A stretch of 62,962 nucleotides of DNA, the filler included, from Octopus bimaculoides (taxonomy: Eukaryota): NCBI RefSeq assembly GCF_001194135.2. It is 5 parts of 5 records of this genome, joined end to end, with 100 filler letters (N's around TTAATTAATTAA, not from the genome) between each part and the next. Parts side by side here need not be neighbours in the genome. Positions count along the whole stretch, not along the records: positions 20,290 to 49,742 come from NC_069007.1; 4 more parts are not named here. One strand, written 5' to 3'. A program made the position numbers and the translations under genes. Shown here piece by piece: positions 22,815-36,615 of this stretch. Positions within the stretch are counted from its first letter, which is position 1, and each line of letters opens with the position of its first letter. Under the pieces are notes generated by a model. The model had not been told where the DNA came from, ran no database searches, and saw nothing but the letters and a program-made list of their open reading frames with translations.

Positions 22815-25800
22815 CTTATGTATATACATATGTATCTATATATGTATATACTTATGTATATACACAAATACAATATATACATATATATGTATGTATTAAT
22901 ATAAGCATAAATATACGAACACATATCTACGGTGCATAAACAAATATATTTGTGCATATGCATGTGTATGTGCGTGTTTAATTGTGTGAGTGCGTGTTTT
23001 GTGTGCGTGTATGTGTGTTCGCGTGTTTGTGTGTGCGTGTGTATTTGTGTGTGTTTGTGTGCGTGTCTTTGTATTGTTTCTTTTTTTTATACATCCCGAA
23101 GTCATCGAGTCTTGAACGTGACAGATATTTGCGTGTGTAGATATTTTTATACGTATGTATGTATGCATGTTTATATGTGTATGCATATGCGTACATACAT
23201 ATGTGTATGTGTGTTTGTGTGTGTATGTTTGAGTTTGTGTGTGTACATTTGTATGCATATATATGTGTATACAAACATACACAAACAAGCAAGAGCCGTA
23301 GTGTAAATACAAACAACAACATTGCGCTAGAACAGCCAGTGCCAAGTCCCACAAAATATTTGAGGAGATAAATAACATCATCATCATCACCACCACCACC
23401 ATCACCATCATCATCATCACCACCACCACCATCACCATCATCATCATCATCATCGTCAAACGAGTCCATCCTCCCGGTTAATTGGGAGATCGCAGGGTGT
23501 GTGTCGGTCTTCTTATGAAACAAAATGCAACGTTAGAAAGTATTATGGAACCCATTTCGTAATTAGAAGCGGTAAATATTTTTCAACGGAAAACCTGATA
23601 CATCCGCAAGATAATGGTTAAGTTTTAAGCAGCTGAAAACGGCAAATGAAAGGGTAATTTCGAAAACGCTTGTCAGGGATGTTTCAGCGTGGATTTTCGT
23701 TTGATGCTAAATATTCATAATGATAATGGCTTCAAATTTTGGCGCCGGGCCAACAGTACTGCGCGTTGGTGGACCTCACTTGATATCGTCGACCATAGTA
23801 CCAGACAACGTCGATAGGACGGAGTGGGTGTGCCAATGTGTGGCACGAGCATTTGATCACTATAAACAAATAATTTGTGCAGGTCCTTCAAGCAAAAGTT
23901 CAACGCTCATACGTCGTATTCGACTACTATGTCGTCGAACCCACGAAGCAACCTAGAAAATATCTTGTAAAAATAATATCGATTTGCTTATGGCAAGTCG
24001 CAGCTGAGTATTGCACTGAGTAATTTATTTAAGAATTCATTCGGGTGTAATAAGCAAATGCACACCATTCGAAGCAACAGTTTTAACATTGTGTTTAGTC
24101 GACGCCTGTATGTCGTATCATATTAAACTACATTCGCACAATTTACTGCTGTCATGTCGAAGACATTCTCATGTTTACAGACATATTGAAAGATAGCAAT
24201 ATGCGTTGGGGAAATTCGGGAGAAATTTCTATCTCCCAATTTAATATGAAACGTAGTTTATATAACAGAGTCAGCCCGCTTCATAAGTCAATGATTTTGG
24301 AAATATAGCGGTAAAAACAGCAAATATATCGCTCCTTTCTGCACTAATGACATCAAAATAATTCTATAGATGCATGGCAGTATTCAACGTAGACAAATAT
24401 ATAAAAGTTAGGCAAAAAATATAAATAAAGAATGAAAAAATCTGTATCTAGAAAATTCTTTTGATGTCTCACCACAAAAATTTATAGAAAATAAAACAAA
24501 CAATTGTCAATAGCTGATATACAAATAATTTAGTAGACCAAACTTAGAGAGAATACAGATATGCATTGAACACAATAAGTAGATAAAACGACATTACCTA
24601 CCACACTCATCAAATATAAACCGCATTCAACAGAATGAGGACGTAAAACAGACATTACACTTACAGTTAGTAAAAACAAACTAACGTAAAATGTATTGCA
24701 TGAACTGAATGCACCGCAAATATAAACTAACAGAACAGGTCATCAAGAAAAATGTATGGAACACAAACTGTATCACAGTCACATATATACAGGCAATACT
24801 AATGTAATAATTGTTATCGAGATACAAAGAAAAATTGTATGTGTCTTATTAACATAAATAAGAGGAGATGAAACCAATAAGTCAACGAGTGAACTTGTAA
24901 GTGGTAAGAGGGTGTCGTTGGTTCAGAATTAACTGGAAGCCCGTCAGTTATGACGATGCGGGTTCGAATTGATCTGATCAACGCAACAGCCTGCTGTTGG
25001 AATTAACGTGCAAGGAGCTTAACACTCAGCTGACACGCGTGTCCTCAAAATAATTCTCAGAGATATTCAGCGTAACATAGAATATGACAATGTCGGTACT
25101 TTGAATTACAGGTACAACTCATTTTAGCCAGCTGAATGGACCGGAGCAGAGTGAAATAAAGTGTCTTACTCAAGGACAGAAGAAGCCACCACGTATCGAA
25201 CTCACAACCTTAAGATTCGGAGCCGCATAATCTATCCATGCGCCTTTACTTGATCAGACAAAGTACTGCACTGTGGAATAGATGTTTTATGAACTGGCAG
25301 AACTCGAAAGTATCTCGCAGTTGCAAGCATTACATCGTTGCTCAAACAGCAAGAAACAGCAGTTAAATATCTTTGAGATCTCATAATTTCTTTTGTATTA
25401 TGGAAAGACAACTCGCACAATAGAGTTTACGAAAAAAAAAGCTGCTATTTGAGGTGGAACGTTTCAAAGGGGAAAAGTTATTGGTTCATTAACGTTGAGA
25501 CTATTAAGAGATTATATATATATACATACATATATATATATATATGTATGTATATTTATTATTCATACGATCCTGATGAGATGACAAATGTAGGTGTGCA
25601 AAGTAATATGCTTATAATATAATCATTGTTTATATTGCTGCTTTTATGTTTTAACACATTTTAAACGACTTACCTGACACGTCTCTCACTGAAAGAATTG
25701 CTGTAGTTTAATGTCAATACCGCCATTCTTGTGATAGGAATGTGTGCACACACATATATACGAGTACATACATATATTTCTATGTATCAATATACATACA

Positions 25801-25963
25801 TGAATACAAAGATACCCTGTTGATGTTGTTGAAATTCCAATGTGGGAGCCTTGGAGCGAAGCTGGAAGCCGAAACTTCCTCTATTGGCAACAATTCTTCG
25901 AATGAAACTGAATAATGAAATACATACATACATATATACAGTATATATATGTATATATACAGT

Positions 25964-26371
25964 ATAGGCGCAGGAGTGGCTGTGTGGTAAGTAGCTTGCT
26001 TACCAACCACATGGTTCCGGGTTCAGTCCCACTGCGTGGCACCTTGGGCAAGTGTCTTCTACTATAGCCTCGGGCCGACCAAAGCCTTGTGAGTGGATTT
26101 GGTAGACGGAAACTGGAAGAAGTTCGTCGTATATATGTATATATATATGTATGTGTTTGTGTGTCTGTGTTTGTCCCCTCCCCCCCAGCATCGTTTGACA
26201 ACCGATGCTGGTGTGTTCACGTCCCCGTAACTTAGCGGTTCGGCAAAAGGTGACCCGATAGAATTAGTACTAGGCTTACAAAGAATAAGTCCTGGGGTCG
26301 ATTTGATTCGACTAAAGGCGGTACTCCAGTATGACCGCAGTCAAATGACTGAAACAAGTAAAAGAGTAAGA

Positions 26372-26372
<1 letters not shown>
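25964..26372 (+). mobile_element. tRNA-derived SINE, family A (full length, CpG-intact)
   Basis: taggcgcaggagtggctgtgtggtaagtagc... through ...gactgaaacaagtaaaagagtaagag. Confidence 0.9.
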
Positions 26373-26413
<41 letters not shown>

Positions 26414-26878
26414 ACACACAAAAACTGACAAACACACCATACATAGGCACGCGCTTTTACCTACACACACACATACCCATACAAGCATGCACGTGCGCAC
26501 ACACACATACGATAGACTCTGTCATGTAACCCGATGAATGTTCATGAATTGACAGAATTAGTTCCTTTAAATCCGTGTGCCGAGCGGCTGAGGTTTACGC
26601 ACATACATCTACCCGCAACATAGCTGCGGACTATAATAATCGCACCGCATACACGTGATGCTCTTTCTTCGAATTACTACTACATTCCATCTGACTGTTT
26701 CAGCAGAATGTGTGTCTGCCAAAAATCCAATTACACGTATTATATCCGTGTAAGGCCATGTGTGATGCAATTCCTGATAATGCAGGGCAGTAGGATAGAA
26801 ACCGGAATATCAAGAACATGAAACAATCTTATTAACCGATCACTAATACCTGTTCTCATCTACGCTCATATCATACGC

Positions 26879-26929
26879 ATGAATATATATCGAAGAGCGT
26901 TAATGTATTGCTTGCTCCAGTTTTTGTTG
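26879..26929 (+). CDS. Candidate first coding exon encoding a signal-peptide N/h region
   Basis: ATG at 26879 gives MNIYRRALMYCLLQFLL (basic n-region, hydrophobic h-region) followed immediately by consensus donor TTG|GTGAGT; CpG-rich unique sequence upstream. Confidence 0.4.
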
Positions 26930-27744
26930 GTGAGTTTAGGCGCATTTGTATGTTTATGTGTGTATGTACGAGTGGGTGTGTGTATATGTGTGAGGAATTG
27001 GTGCAGACGTATTCTTGAATGCTTCGAAGTAAGCTTGGTACTCCACATCTTCATCTACTTCAGGTAATTAACCACAATTACACTCAGGTAATTAACCACA
27101 AAATGTTCCAAAGGAAAAAGAAACACTTGAACCAAGACTTCGTCAAGAAAACAGAGCGGGTTCTTTCGAAATTTTAACAACTCGAAAAGATAACAAGTAG
27201 CGATGTTTATTCACATCATTCACGCATACACACACAGATATTCCCTCATCATACACACACACACATACACATGTATGTAGTATACATATAGATACACACA
27301 CAAATATCCGTCATTCACACACAAACACACGTACTCACACACACACACAAACACACGCACACACAGACATGAGTGTTATCACAATGGATGATACTGAAGA
27401 CTCTGAAGAAGTCTATGAAAACATTTCTCGTCCAATAAAGTACTGTACACATACATACATATATATATTTGCAGGTGTGCCCCCTTGTAGTTGTGGGAGG
27501 ACCCCCTTAATCTCCTGGCAACCGATATTTTAAGACCCAGTCCGCCACTGAGAGATATCGATAAACATTAGTTTAAATTGTAGTTTATAAGGGTATTTCA
27601 ATAACATTGCAATTCGCAGCCCTTTAAATAGCTATTCCAAGCGCATTCAGATGCTCCACCGTAACGGATCATCTGGGAAATTTTTTATTTCATTTAGTTA
27701 CGAATAATTATGTTCCCATATGTATGCGCATGTATGTGTGTGTG

Positions 27745-27794
<50 letters not shown>

Positions 27795-29043
27795 TACGTA
27801 CGTAAACTATTTGTAATTCATTAGAGATGAAAACTAAAAGTAAGTAAAACAAATTATTGAATTATATATTATGTAAGACAGTCGGAAAGTGATAGCATCT
27901 ATATGAAACAAAATTTCCTGGTTCCAGCTTCCACGTTCTTTTACTCTCTCTCTCTCAGACGTCTGACACATCGCCTCTTTGTCTTTCCGTCAGTCTAGTG
28001 GCTCCTCTGGTTCCCCCTCTCTATTTCTCTCCCTGTCTTTCTTGATCTCTCTGCTTGGATATATCTCTGTAAAAAAAAAACCATTGACTGTTTGCTATTA
28101 ACTTAGTGTAAAATTGTTATTGATGAATAATAATTCTCCAGCGAGACACGAAGAAGAAAAAATATTTATTTGTAAATTATAAACAATGAATAGGATCAAA
28201 AGATATTGCATTAACGATTTTTTTTTACAATATTTGGTGTTCTAGTTTTTCTTTAATCTTTGTCCTCGTTCATCTTCCCTATTTAATCTTCTACCATTTT
28301 TCATCGAGAGAGAGAGAGAGAGGGGAGAAAGAGAGCAAGTGGGTACTAATCTACCAGAGATAAACTGCAGAATATTTTTAACGTACTGAATTGTAATTCA
28401 AACAAGATTTGTTGGGAAAAATTTTCATTGGAACGCCTCACATGGTTTATCAGGATCTGATTTCTTATTACCCATGCGGGCTAACATAGAGGGGACAATG
28501 CAATGTGATTGGGGTCACATACATGGAAAATCAACTAATTGACATTATCATAATAGCATAGTTTCACTGGAGGCAATATTAGAATAAATAAAGGCCATTT
28601 GATGAAAATATGTCAATGGTTCCATTTGCGCATTGAAAGAGTCATCGAATCTGATGGAGGATTTATAGAATAATTTTCTAAGAAATATTCTCGAAACCTT
28701 TGCACAGATTTCTATCAAAATATAATTGCCTTGTTTTTTTTGTAGATTACAGGTGTTTTATTAAATCACCAAATATGTCCTCAAAACCTCTAGCATCTAC
28801 CAGCCTGTGTGTGTATGTGCGTGTGAGCAGTGTGTGTGGCCAGCGTGTGTGGGAAGTGTGTGTATGTGCAGTGTGTGCGAATGTGCAGTGTGTGTATACT
28901 TGCGTTGCATGTATTTGTGTGTATGAGCGTCTCTCTTTCTTGATGTATATCCATTTATATATACTGTCTGTATATATGTGTGCATATTTATAATATAGTA
29001 TACTTCATCTATCTATCTCTTTCTCTCTCTGCCTCTCTATCTC

Positions 29044-29090
<47 letters not shown>

Positions 29091-29350
29091 NNNNNNNNNN
29101 NNNNNNNNNNNNNNNNNNNNNNNNNNNNNNNNNNNNNNNNNNNNNNNNNNNNNNNNNNNNNNNNNNNNNNNNNNNNNNNNNNNNNNNNNNNNNNNNNNNN
29201 NNNNNNNNNNNNNNNNNNNNNNNNNNNNNNNNNNNNNNNNNNNNNNNNNNNNNNNNNNNNNNNNNNNNNNNNNNNNNNNNNNNNNNNNNNNNNNNNNNNN
29301 NNNNNNNNNNGTGTGTACACCGCTTCGCAGTAGTGAATATGTGTTTGAAA

Positions 29351-29391
<41 letters not shown>

Positions 29392-30102
29392 AAAATGTGA
29401 TCTATCAGCACGTATACATATTTACAGTTTGTATGTACACCCACAAACGCGCCAGCGTACAGAAGCACTCCCCAGCACACCCATGTGTGTTTGTGTGTGT
29501 TTGTGTTTGTATACGTATTCATATTTCGTTATGTCTGGTAAGTAATGTTATAAATATCAAATATTTATAGAACTCGATGCACCTAGAGAGTAATGTATTA
29601 GTTCGGTTTTTTTTTTTTGTCGTATTAAGAATCACGATGAAACATCCTTCGCTTACCGAAGCGGATGTCTATAAGAAAAAAAATATGTAACTCTGTTATT
29701 TTCAGAATTTATTTTCTTCGCAGAATAGAAACTGGAGACATCCTGTACGTCTTTCTACAATTACGTCCATCACATATTTACTCGAAGCATTTAGTTAACA
29801 GATCCATACTTATAGACACACTCGCGCACGCATATGCTTGTAGGTAAGAATGCACAATACAAAAATAAATATATAGGTGTGTGTAATTTTTAAATATGTT
29901 GGCCAAAAGGGGATGATGGCCGTAACTCCTCCAACAAAAAAAAAAGCTTAACTTTGTTAAGTTTTATTTGTGAAATATTGTTGTTTTGAATCTGTTGCAG
30001 AAAGTGGTCTACTTCTGTGGTGCTGAATGTAGGAATGTAGCTCGTATGTCAAGGGGGCGGCAGCCCGAAAAAGTTTGGGAACTACTGATATAATATAATA
30101 TC

Positions 30103-30256
30103 AGGCGTAAATGTGTGGTAAGAAGCTGGTTTCCCAGCCACATAGCTCCGGGTTCAGTCCCACTGCGTGGCACCTTGAACAAGAGTCTTTTAGCATAGCT
30201 TACGCCGACTAAAACCGTGTAATGGATTCAGTAGACAGAAACTGAAAGAAGCCTGT
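30103..30256 (+). mobile_element. SINE family A head/body fragment (tail fragment at 30480-30697)
   Basis: ggcgtaaatgtgtggtaagaagc...gggttcagtcccactgcgtggcacc...gtagacagaaactgaaagaagcc. Confidence 0.75.
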
Positions 30257-32176
30257 CACACACACACATTTCCAAGAAAGTTTGGAGTTGTGAATGCAAT
30301 CCACTAAGGGACAATATCTATCCAATATATTGCTGGAAAAATACCCAGTTATTATTACACTTGTGTTTTTTTTTTCAATGCATGGCAATTACATTACCAA
30401 GTGCAATAAATGGGTGCGGGTATAAAGTTATTTTACGATTAATTTATATAGCAATAAGAGAATGAACGAGATTAAGGATTAATAGGTGGTATTCATCAAC
30501 TTTGACAACCAGTGTTGATGTGTTCACGTCCCCGTAACTTAGTGGCCCAGGAAAAAATAAACCGATAGAATAAGTTTTAGAATTGGTAGGTTCTGGGTTC
30601 GATTTGTGTGACTAAAACCCTTCAAGGCGGTGCTCCAGCATGGCCGCAGTCAGATGGCTGAAGCAAGCAAAAGAATACAAGCAAAAGAATACAAGTATAT
30701 GATATCGTCTTATCTAGCACTGTCCGATGCGTATGGGGGAATGTGTGTTAGGAACGGAGAAGGGGCATGAAACGTAAGGCGAAGCAAAGTATTGTGAAAA
30801 TATGAGAGAAAGGTCAAATATCCACAGCATAGAAGGAAATCAGATTAAGGAACAATGAAAGGTCAATGCAATCAAATACAGCCAACGGGCAAACAAAACG
30901 ACAAAGATCACGAGTTTATGATGTTGTGGTTATTTAGTTCCCGGTCACACATGATCGAATGAAGACCGTATTTTCCTCGGAGACTGACGTTCATTTATGT
31001 TGAAAAGGTAGGATATGGCTTGAGCCCACTCTATACGTGAGTAACATTTGCGCACTCGATTTGCAAAAAATATCGGCGAAATCACTGTGATCTACTATAA
31101 TAATACTCTTGTGTTTTTCTCCGTTACAACATATGAATGAGAAAGGAAGGGGTGATGGCAAACTTTATGGGATGGTGAACATTCAACACTGAAAAGAAAA
31201 ATCAAACAGCGTTTCAATTCTGTGCGAATATATGTGTGTATGTGTGTGCGTGTACAAGAGAAATGTGTGAGCATTTCAAGTGTATTAATTTGATTTACCA
31301 TCCATATTGATATATAAAATACTACAATTAGACGTTATTGTTAATGGCATAGGGTCAGCTGTTATATTAAATAAAGCAGGAGCTAATCAAGTATACACAT
31401 CCAAAAATATTGTTTCTCGCGCCTTACAAAGGGCTAAATTTCGGTGAGGGGAGTTACACGACAACATCGAGTCAAATACATGGATACATTTTATTTTATT
31501 TTGTATCGTTGCCTAAAGGTTTAAAAGTCACGGACGACCTCGGAGATAACATGAACTCAGAACATAAGGCAAGAAAAGATGTCAGGAAAAATTTTATCTG
31601 ACGCTCCACCGATTCTGAATTGCCAATTTATAACACCGCTGGCTGTTCTGAATGGTCAACAGTGTTATCAATTCGAGCATAGGTCTGCTATAGAAGGGCC
31701 GATAAAGGGCTATATAGAAGGGGCTATATAGAAGGAACTACAAAAAGTAAAATTCGAGAAATGGTCACACGAGCTTATAAATTAATGGGCTAGAAACAGC
31801 AGCTAAATAACCCTAAACAGAGACATCCAGTCATCGCGTTAGTTGGGTATTATTGGATATTTCTTGTGATCTTTATCAAATCACTAAGGAAGGTTTTTTT
31901 CACATAGACATTATTATCGATGTATCGGATTACAGCGGTAAACAAAGAAGATAGACAATAATACAAGCAAAAAGTATACTTAAGCAAACACACATTTGGA
32001 GTGTGGGTGTGTGCATACATACAGACATACATAAATAAATAAATAAACACTGTTATGTGTACCTATAATATAATGAAGGGTGAGAACTTACCCTATATTT
32101 TCCGAAGGTGGCGAGATAAACGTTTGTCAACAACCGTTTGGCAGAAGTGAAATAACGCTGGTATGGATAACCAAAT

Positions 32177-32258
32177 ACAGGAAGTTAGCATAGTACGAGA
32201 CAGGTAACCTCGTTCACTTCCTGTTAACGAGCAAGGCAGGTAATCTCGTACTTCCTGT
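32177..32258. promoter_or_regulatory. Cluster of three ETS-type motifs (ACAGGAAGT)
   Basis: ACAGGAAGT 32177-32185 (+); ACTTCCTGT 32216-32224 and 32250-32258 (-); two lie in a duplicated ~34-bp unit. Function not demonstrated. Confidence 0.3.
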
Positions 32259-32788
32259 TCAAAAGGGGAGTGGGGAAGACAGCGGAGCTTCGTGCGGATA
32301 GAACCAAAACGAGAGACGGAGCTGCATACAGGTCGGACCTTTCACCATTTACCTTTAAACAATTGAGACTGGACATAGCCTCAATCTATGAACGTTTACT
32401 TCCCTGTTTGGAGACTTTGTTGCTGCGATCAGAAGTTTACACCTTTTTCTTCTATAATAATTTGTCAGATGTCATGACGGAGAAATACAAAAGAGTATTA
32501 TTATAAGTACAATCCTTGCAACAGATTTATACTGATACTACTATAATAAATAGAGCTGACATTACTATAGTAATATTTATTATGGTGTATTTTAAGAGCT
32601 CATAGTCATAGCAGAGCTATTATAAGAATTCTTATGTCAGTACCATTGTTCAGACAGTCGACGTTGCTGCCTTATAATATTGTTATACCGAAAAAATACT
32701 CTGTGTTTTCGGGATTGTAATTATAGTACAGTCACTGAATCATTGTCATATAAAGTACTTTAATTTATAGTCAATATTGCTATATTAA

Positions 32789-33253
32789 TATTCTTTTCTA
32801 CTCTAGGTGCAAGGCCCGAAATTTTTGGGGAGAGGGGCAGTCAATTAGATCGACCCCAGTACGTAACTAGTAATTAATTTATCGACATTGAAAGGATGAA
32901 GGGCAAAGTCGACATCGGCGGAAATTGAACTCAGAACATAAAGAGATGAAATACTGCTAAGCACTTCGCCCGGCGTGCTAAACATTCTGCCAGCTCGCGG
33001 CTTCGTTGCAATATTAATATTCATTTCTTTGTTGCCAACAGGGGACTAAACATAGAGGGGACAGATAAGGACAGACAAAGGGATTAAATCGATTATATCG
33101 AACCCAGTGCGTAACTGGTACTTATTTAAACGATCCCGAAAGGATGAAAGCAAAGTCAACCTCGGTGGAATTTGATCTCAGTACATAACGGCAGACGAAA
33201 CACCGCTAAACATTTCGCCCGGCGTGCTAACGTTTCTGCCAGCTCATCGCCTT
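32789..33253 (-). mobile_element. Two tandem family B SINEs
   Basis: 32789-33005 and 33022-33253, both reverse-complement matches to family B; a further + copy at 33325-33510. Confidence 0.85.
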
Positions 33254-34049
33254 ATTTCTATATTAATATTGCTATACCAGAAGATAAGATGGCGTATTTT
33301 AAAGGGTCATTATAATGCTACAGTGGCGGCAGGCAGGCAGAAGCGGTATTAAAATCTGTCTTCGTGTACTGAGTTCAAATTCCACCGAGGTCGACTTTAC
33401 CTTTTATCCTTTCGGGGTTGATAAAATAAGCACCAGTTGAGCACGGAGGTCGATGTAATCGACGTACTCCGTCACCCGAACTTCCTGTCCTTGTGTTAAA
33501 TTTTAAATCAGTATTATGTACAATCAGTATAATATTATTTCATCAAGTCTTATTATATAATTTGTAGATTTAACATTGTTATATTAACATCGCTATAGTA
33601 ACAGATACGATGACGTATTTTAAATCATAATTGTTATCATGTGCTGACAATACTATAATGTAATCTGTAGTTACCATCGCTTTAGTAACAGATGAGATAT
33701 TTTACTTTAAAGAGACATTAGTGCTCTCTTACATTGTATAATACAATCTGCTATTAGTATAATGTAGTCGTTATAGTCATATTAACAAATATGTATTTGC
33801 TAGGTTAAAAGATGCTGAAAATCAGAAGAATGGTGTGGGTGAGCATTTTAGTTAAGCAGCAGTTGACTGAAGTAATCCTCAACAGACTGTCTTGTACTGG
33901 GAAAAAGGTCCCGTTTCATTCGAGGTTTATCGGTGCAATGTGCAATATCTACTCAGTTTTTAGGATTAATGGACTTCTATCGGAGTAATTCAGTATCATG
34001 CGCTCGGCGTGTCAAGGTTGTTATTTATCTGCTCTTCTGCATTTACTGC

Positions 34050-35054
34050 AGAAACCAAGGAAAAGAGGGGAAACAGGACTGGTTGGATACGAGTAGAAGG
34101 AAATGACATAGGAAGGTATGTAAAAAAACAAAAATGCCACAGAACCACTATTATTGGAAATAAGAAGGTCAGGTTTGTGTAGGATGAAAGATTGCAAAGA
34201 TTGCACTATACCAGCAATTGAAAACGAATGAAACTGAAAATAGGTGGGTAAAGAAAAGAATGCATGGACAATTTCATAGGGATGCTGAAGATAAGACAGA
34301 CAGAGAAAAAAGATGGCTGTGGATGACTAAAAGTGATTTAAAACTGGAAACGGGGACTCTGCTCTGTGCTGCCCATTAGTAAGCACTAAGAACTAATTGC
34401 ATCAAATACAGATTAGACAACACATCAGAAAGTCATAATTGCAGAAATAATGGACAGAATGGTGGAACTGTATGGCATATCATCAGTCAATGTACGCCAC
34501 TAGCCCTGACAGAATATAAGAGACATCATGCCAACAAAGCAAGGATTGTCCATTGGACATTTTGCAACAAGTATGAACTTGACAGAGCAAAAATGTGGTA
34601 CGACCATAAAGCCGAAGGCATCATCGAAAATGATGATGCAAAGATCCTATGAGATTTTATGATTCAGTGCGACCATGAGACAGAAAATAAGAAGCCAGAC
34701 ATAGTGTTAATTGAAAAAGAAAGGAAACGATGCTGGATCATAGACATAGCATACCCAGCTGACAACAGGGAATGCGATAAGGAAGAAAGAAATGCCGATA
34801 GATATGAGAGGTTAGCTTGGGAGGTTAAGCAGCGGTGGTCGATGAAGATGTGGTAGTTGTGTTATTGAATTGTCGGAGTAAAAATCTTAAGAAGTACGTG
34901 GAACAAATAGGGGCTGCAATAAGAGTGGAGCACTTGCAGAAAACAGAACTGCTTGGAACCACTCAAATACTCCGGATGGTGCTCGAAAACTAAGGGGTGT
35001 TCCATCGTTACAAGCTGTGAAAAGACAATAAATAATAATAATGATAATAATAAT
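34050..35054 (+). mobile_element. 5'-truncated R4/Dong-like non-LTR retrotransposon (RLE clade), decayed ORF C-terminus
   Basis: One frame from about 34243 reads WVKKRMHGQFH...WLWMTKSDLKLETGTLLCAAH**ALRTN...CRNN..GTVWHIISQC..LALTEYKRHH...WYDHKAEGIIENDDAKIL*DFMIQCDHETENKKPDIVLIEKERKRCWIIDIAYPAD: zinc-knuckle remnant plus PD-(D/E)xK restriction-like endonuclease, with in-frame stops and a (TAA)n tail at about 35028-35054. Confidence 0.92.
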
Positions 35055-35465
35055 GCCTTGACTTAGGTGATTATGGCATTAATGTGACGAGTGAAGTGCA
35101 ATATTTTTTGTGCCAGTAGCGTTTCGGGAGTTAAGTTCCCCAGGGATTTTCCGTAATCGCTGCAAAAGCTCGAAAGGATTAAGAGACAATTCTACATAAA
35201 CAATAATATTCCTCTTTCTGTTTCTCTGACGTTTTACTGTTTCCATATGAAATAGGAAGTAGACTTTGCGAGTGAGAGGTGACAATATCCTTTGAAGAAA
35301 TCGTTTCTATTTTTTTTATTTGGGCTTTTATGTTTTCGTTTTTCGCCTCTCTAAAGAAACAAATCCAAAATTTCGAAGCAGTCGATAATTCATAGAAATA
35401 CAAACTTTTCGTTTGTTTTCATTGTCAGTCGCTAGGGGAATGACACATTAATTTGATTCTCCAGC

Positions 35466-35651
35466 TTACTACTACTACTACCACCACTACTACTACCACC
35501 ACTACTACTACCACCACTACTACTACCACCACTACTACCACTACTACTACCACCACTACTACCACTACTACTACCACCACTACTACCACTACTACTACCA
35601 CCACTACTACCACCACCACTACTACCACCACCACTACTACTACCACCACTA

Positions 35652-35703
<52 letters not shown>

Positions 35704-35870
35704 TACTACTACTGTTCATTATCAGTTATCACTATCATTAGTATTATCTTTATCTTTTTTCTCTTCTTTCTCATCTTCTTCTTCCTCTTCTTCTTATTGG
35801 TGTTGATGTTATTGTTGTTATTATTATTTATTATTATTATCATCATCATCATTATTATTATTCTCTATCG
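35466..35870. repeat. Compound (CTA)n(CCA)n / (TTA)n microsatellite
   Basis: Recurrent ctactactaccaccac-type units; source of the poly-T, poly-V and Ser/Gly ORFs. Confidence 0.95.
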
Positions 35871-36615
35871 GTGTCAATATAAATGTTTCTCAAATATTAT
35901 TTAGCCACGTTAAAGGCACACACACTCAAAGTCTTACGTCCATAATTCATTGCAATTCCACTAAACATTTGTTATGTTAGATGTGTTCACTGAACCGGAA
36001 GCACATTAGTGGACTTCCTGTTTTCAAATTGTTTTAAATTATAATTGATGAGAACCTAATTGGAGATTGGAGACTTGCTATAATTTCTCCGTATATTCCG
36101 TTTCAAACTGTTCTCACGCTTCGCTGTAGTTGTTGCTGCTGTTGTTGTTTAGCCCTTGGTTAACCCTGACCACACTCATCTTTAATACAGCTTTGAGTTG
36201 ATAACGCCTGATATTTGATCATTTATATTTCCTCTTTTACTTCCTGAAGTGTTTCGGCCGCAGGCCATGTTTTACTATCACCTTCAAGGTTTTCATCGAA
36301 TATGTCAACACAGGCGCTTATTTATTCAACTCTGCAGCCTATCCTATCATTCTCTTTTCATGAACCGTTGACTTAACCGAGCGTAAATAAACAAACACCG
36401 GTTCGCAAGGCGAAGAGTATTCGAAAGCAAACGCAGCACACATACTGACACGGGAACATGCATACATAGATACATTTGCATGCATGCATACTATACTCGC
36501 TCACACAGGCAGACATATCTAATGTACTGTTCCGTTATTGGTTGGATTAACAAAAACGTATTTCACCCATTGAGAGATAGACATCATTTAATATAGACAA
36601 GATTTAAACTGCGAG

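Noticed and set aside
22978-23523. 181-aa minus ORF with an Asp/Gly-rich tract
   Set aside because: Made of (GAT/GGT)n and (TG)n repeats; no recognisable domain.
24400-24880. Possible Penelope GIY-YIG remnant
   Set aside because: Only vague resemblance, many stops, no intact motif.
35425-35806. Poly-Val, poly-Thr (mucin-like) and Ser/Gly ORFs
   Set aside because: Pure (CTA/CCA)n microsatellite read in different frames.
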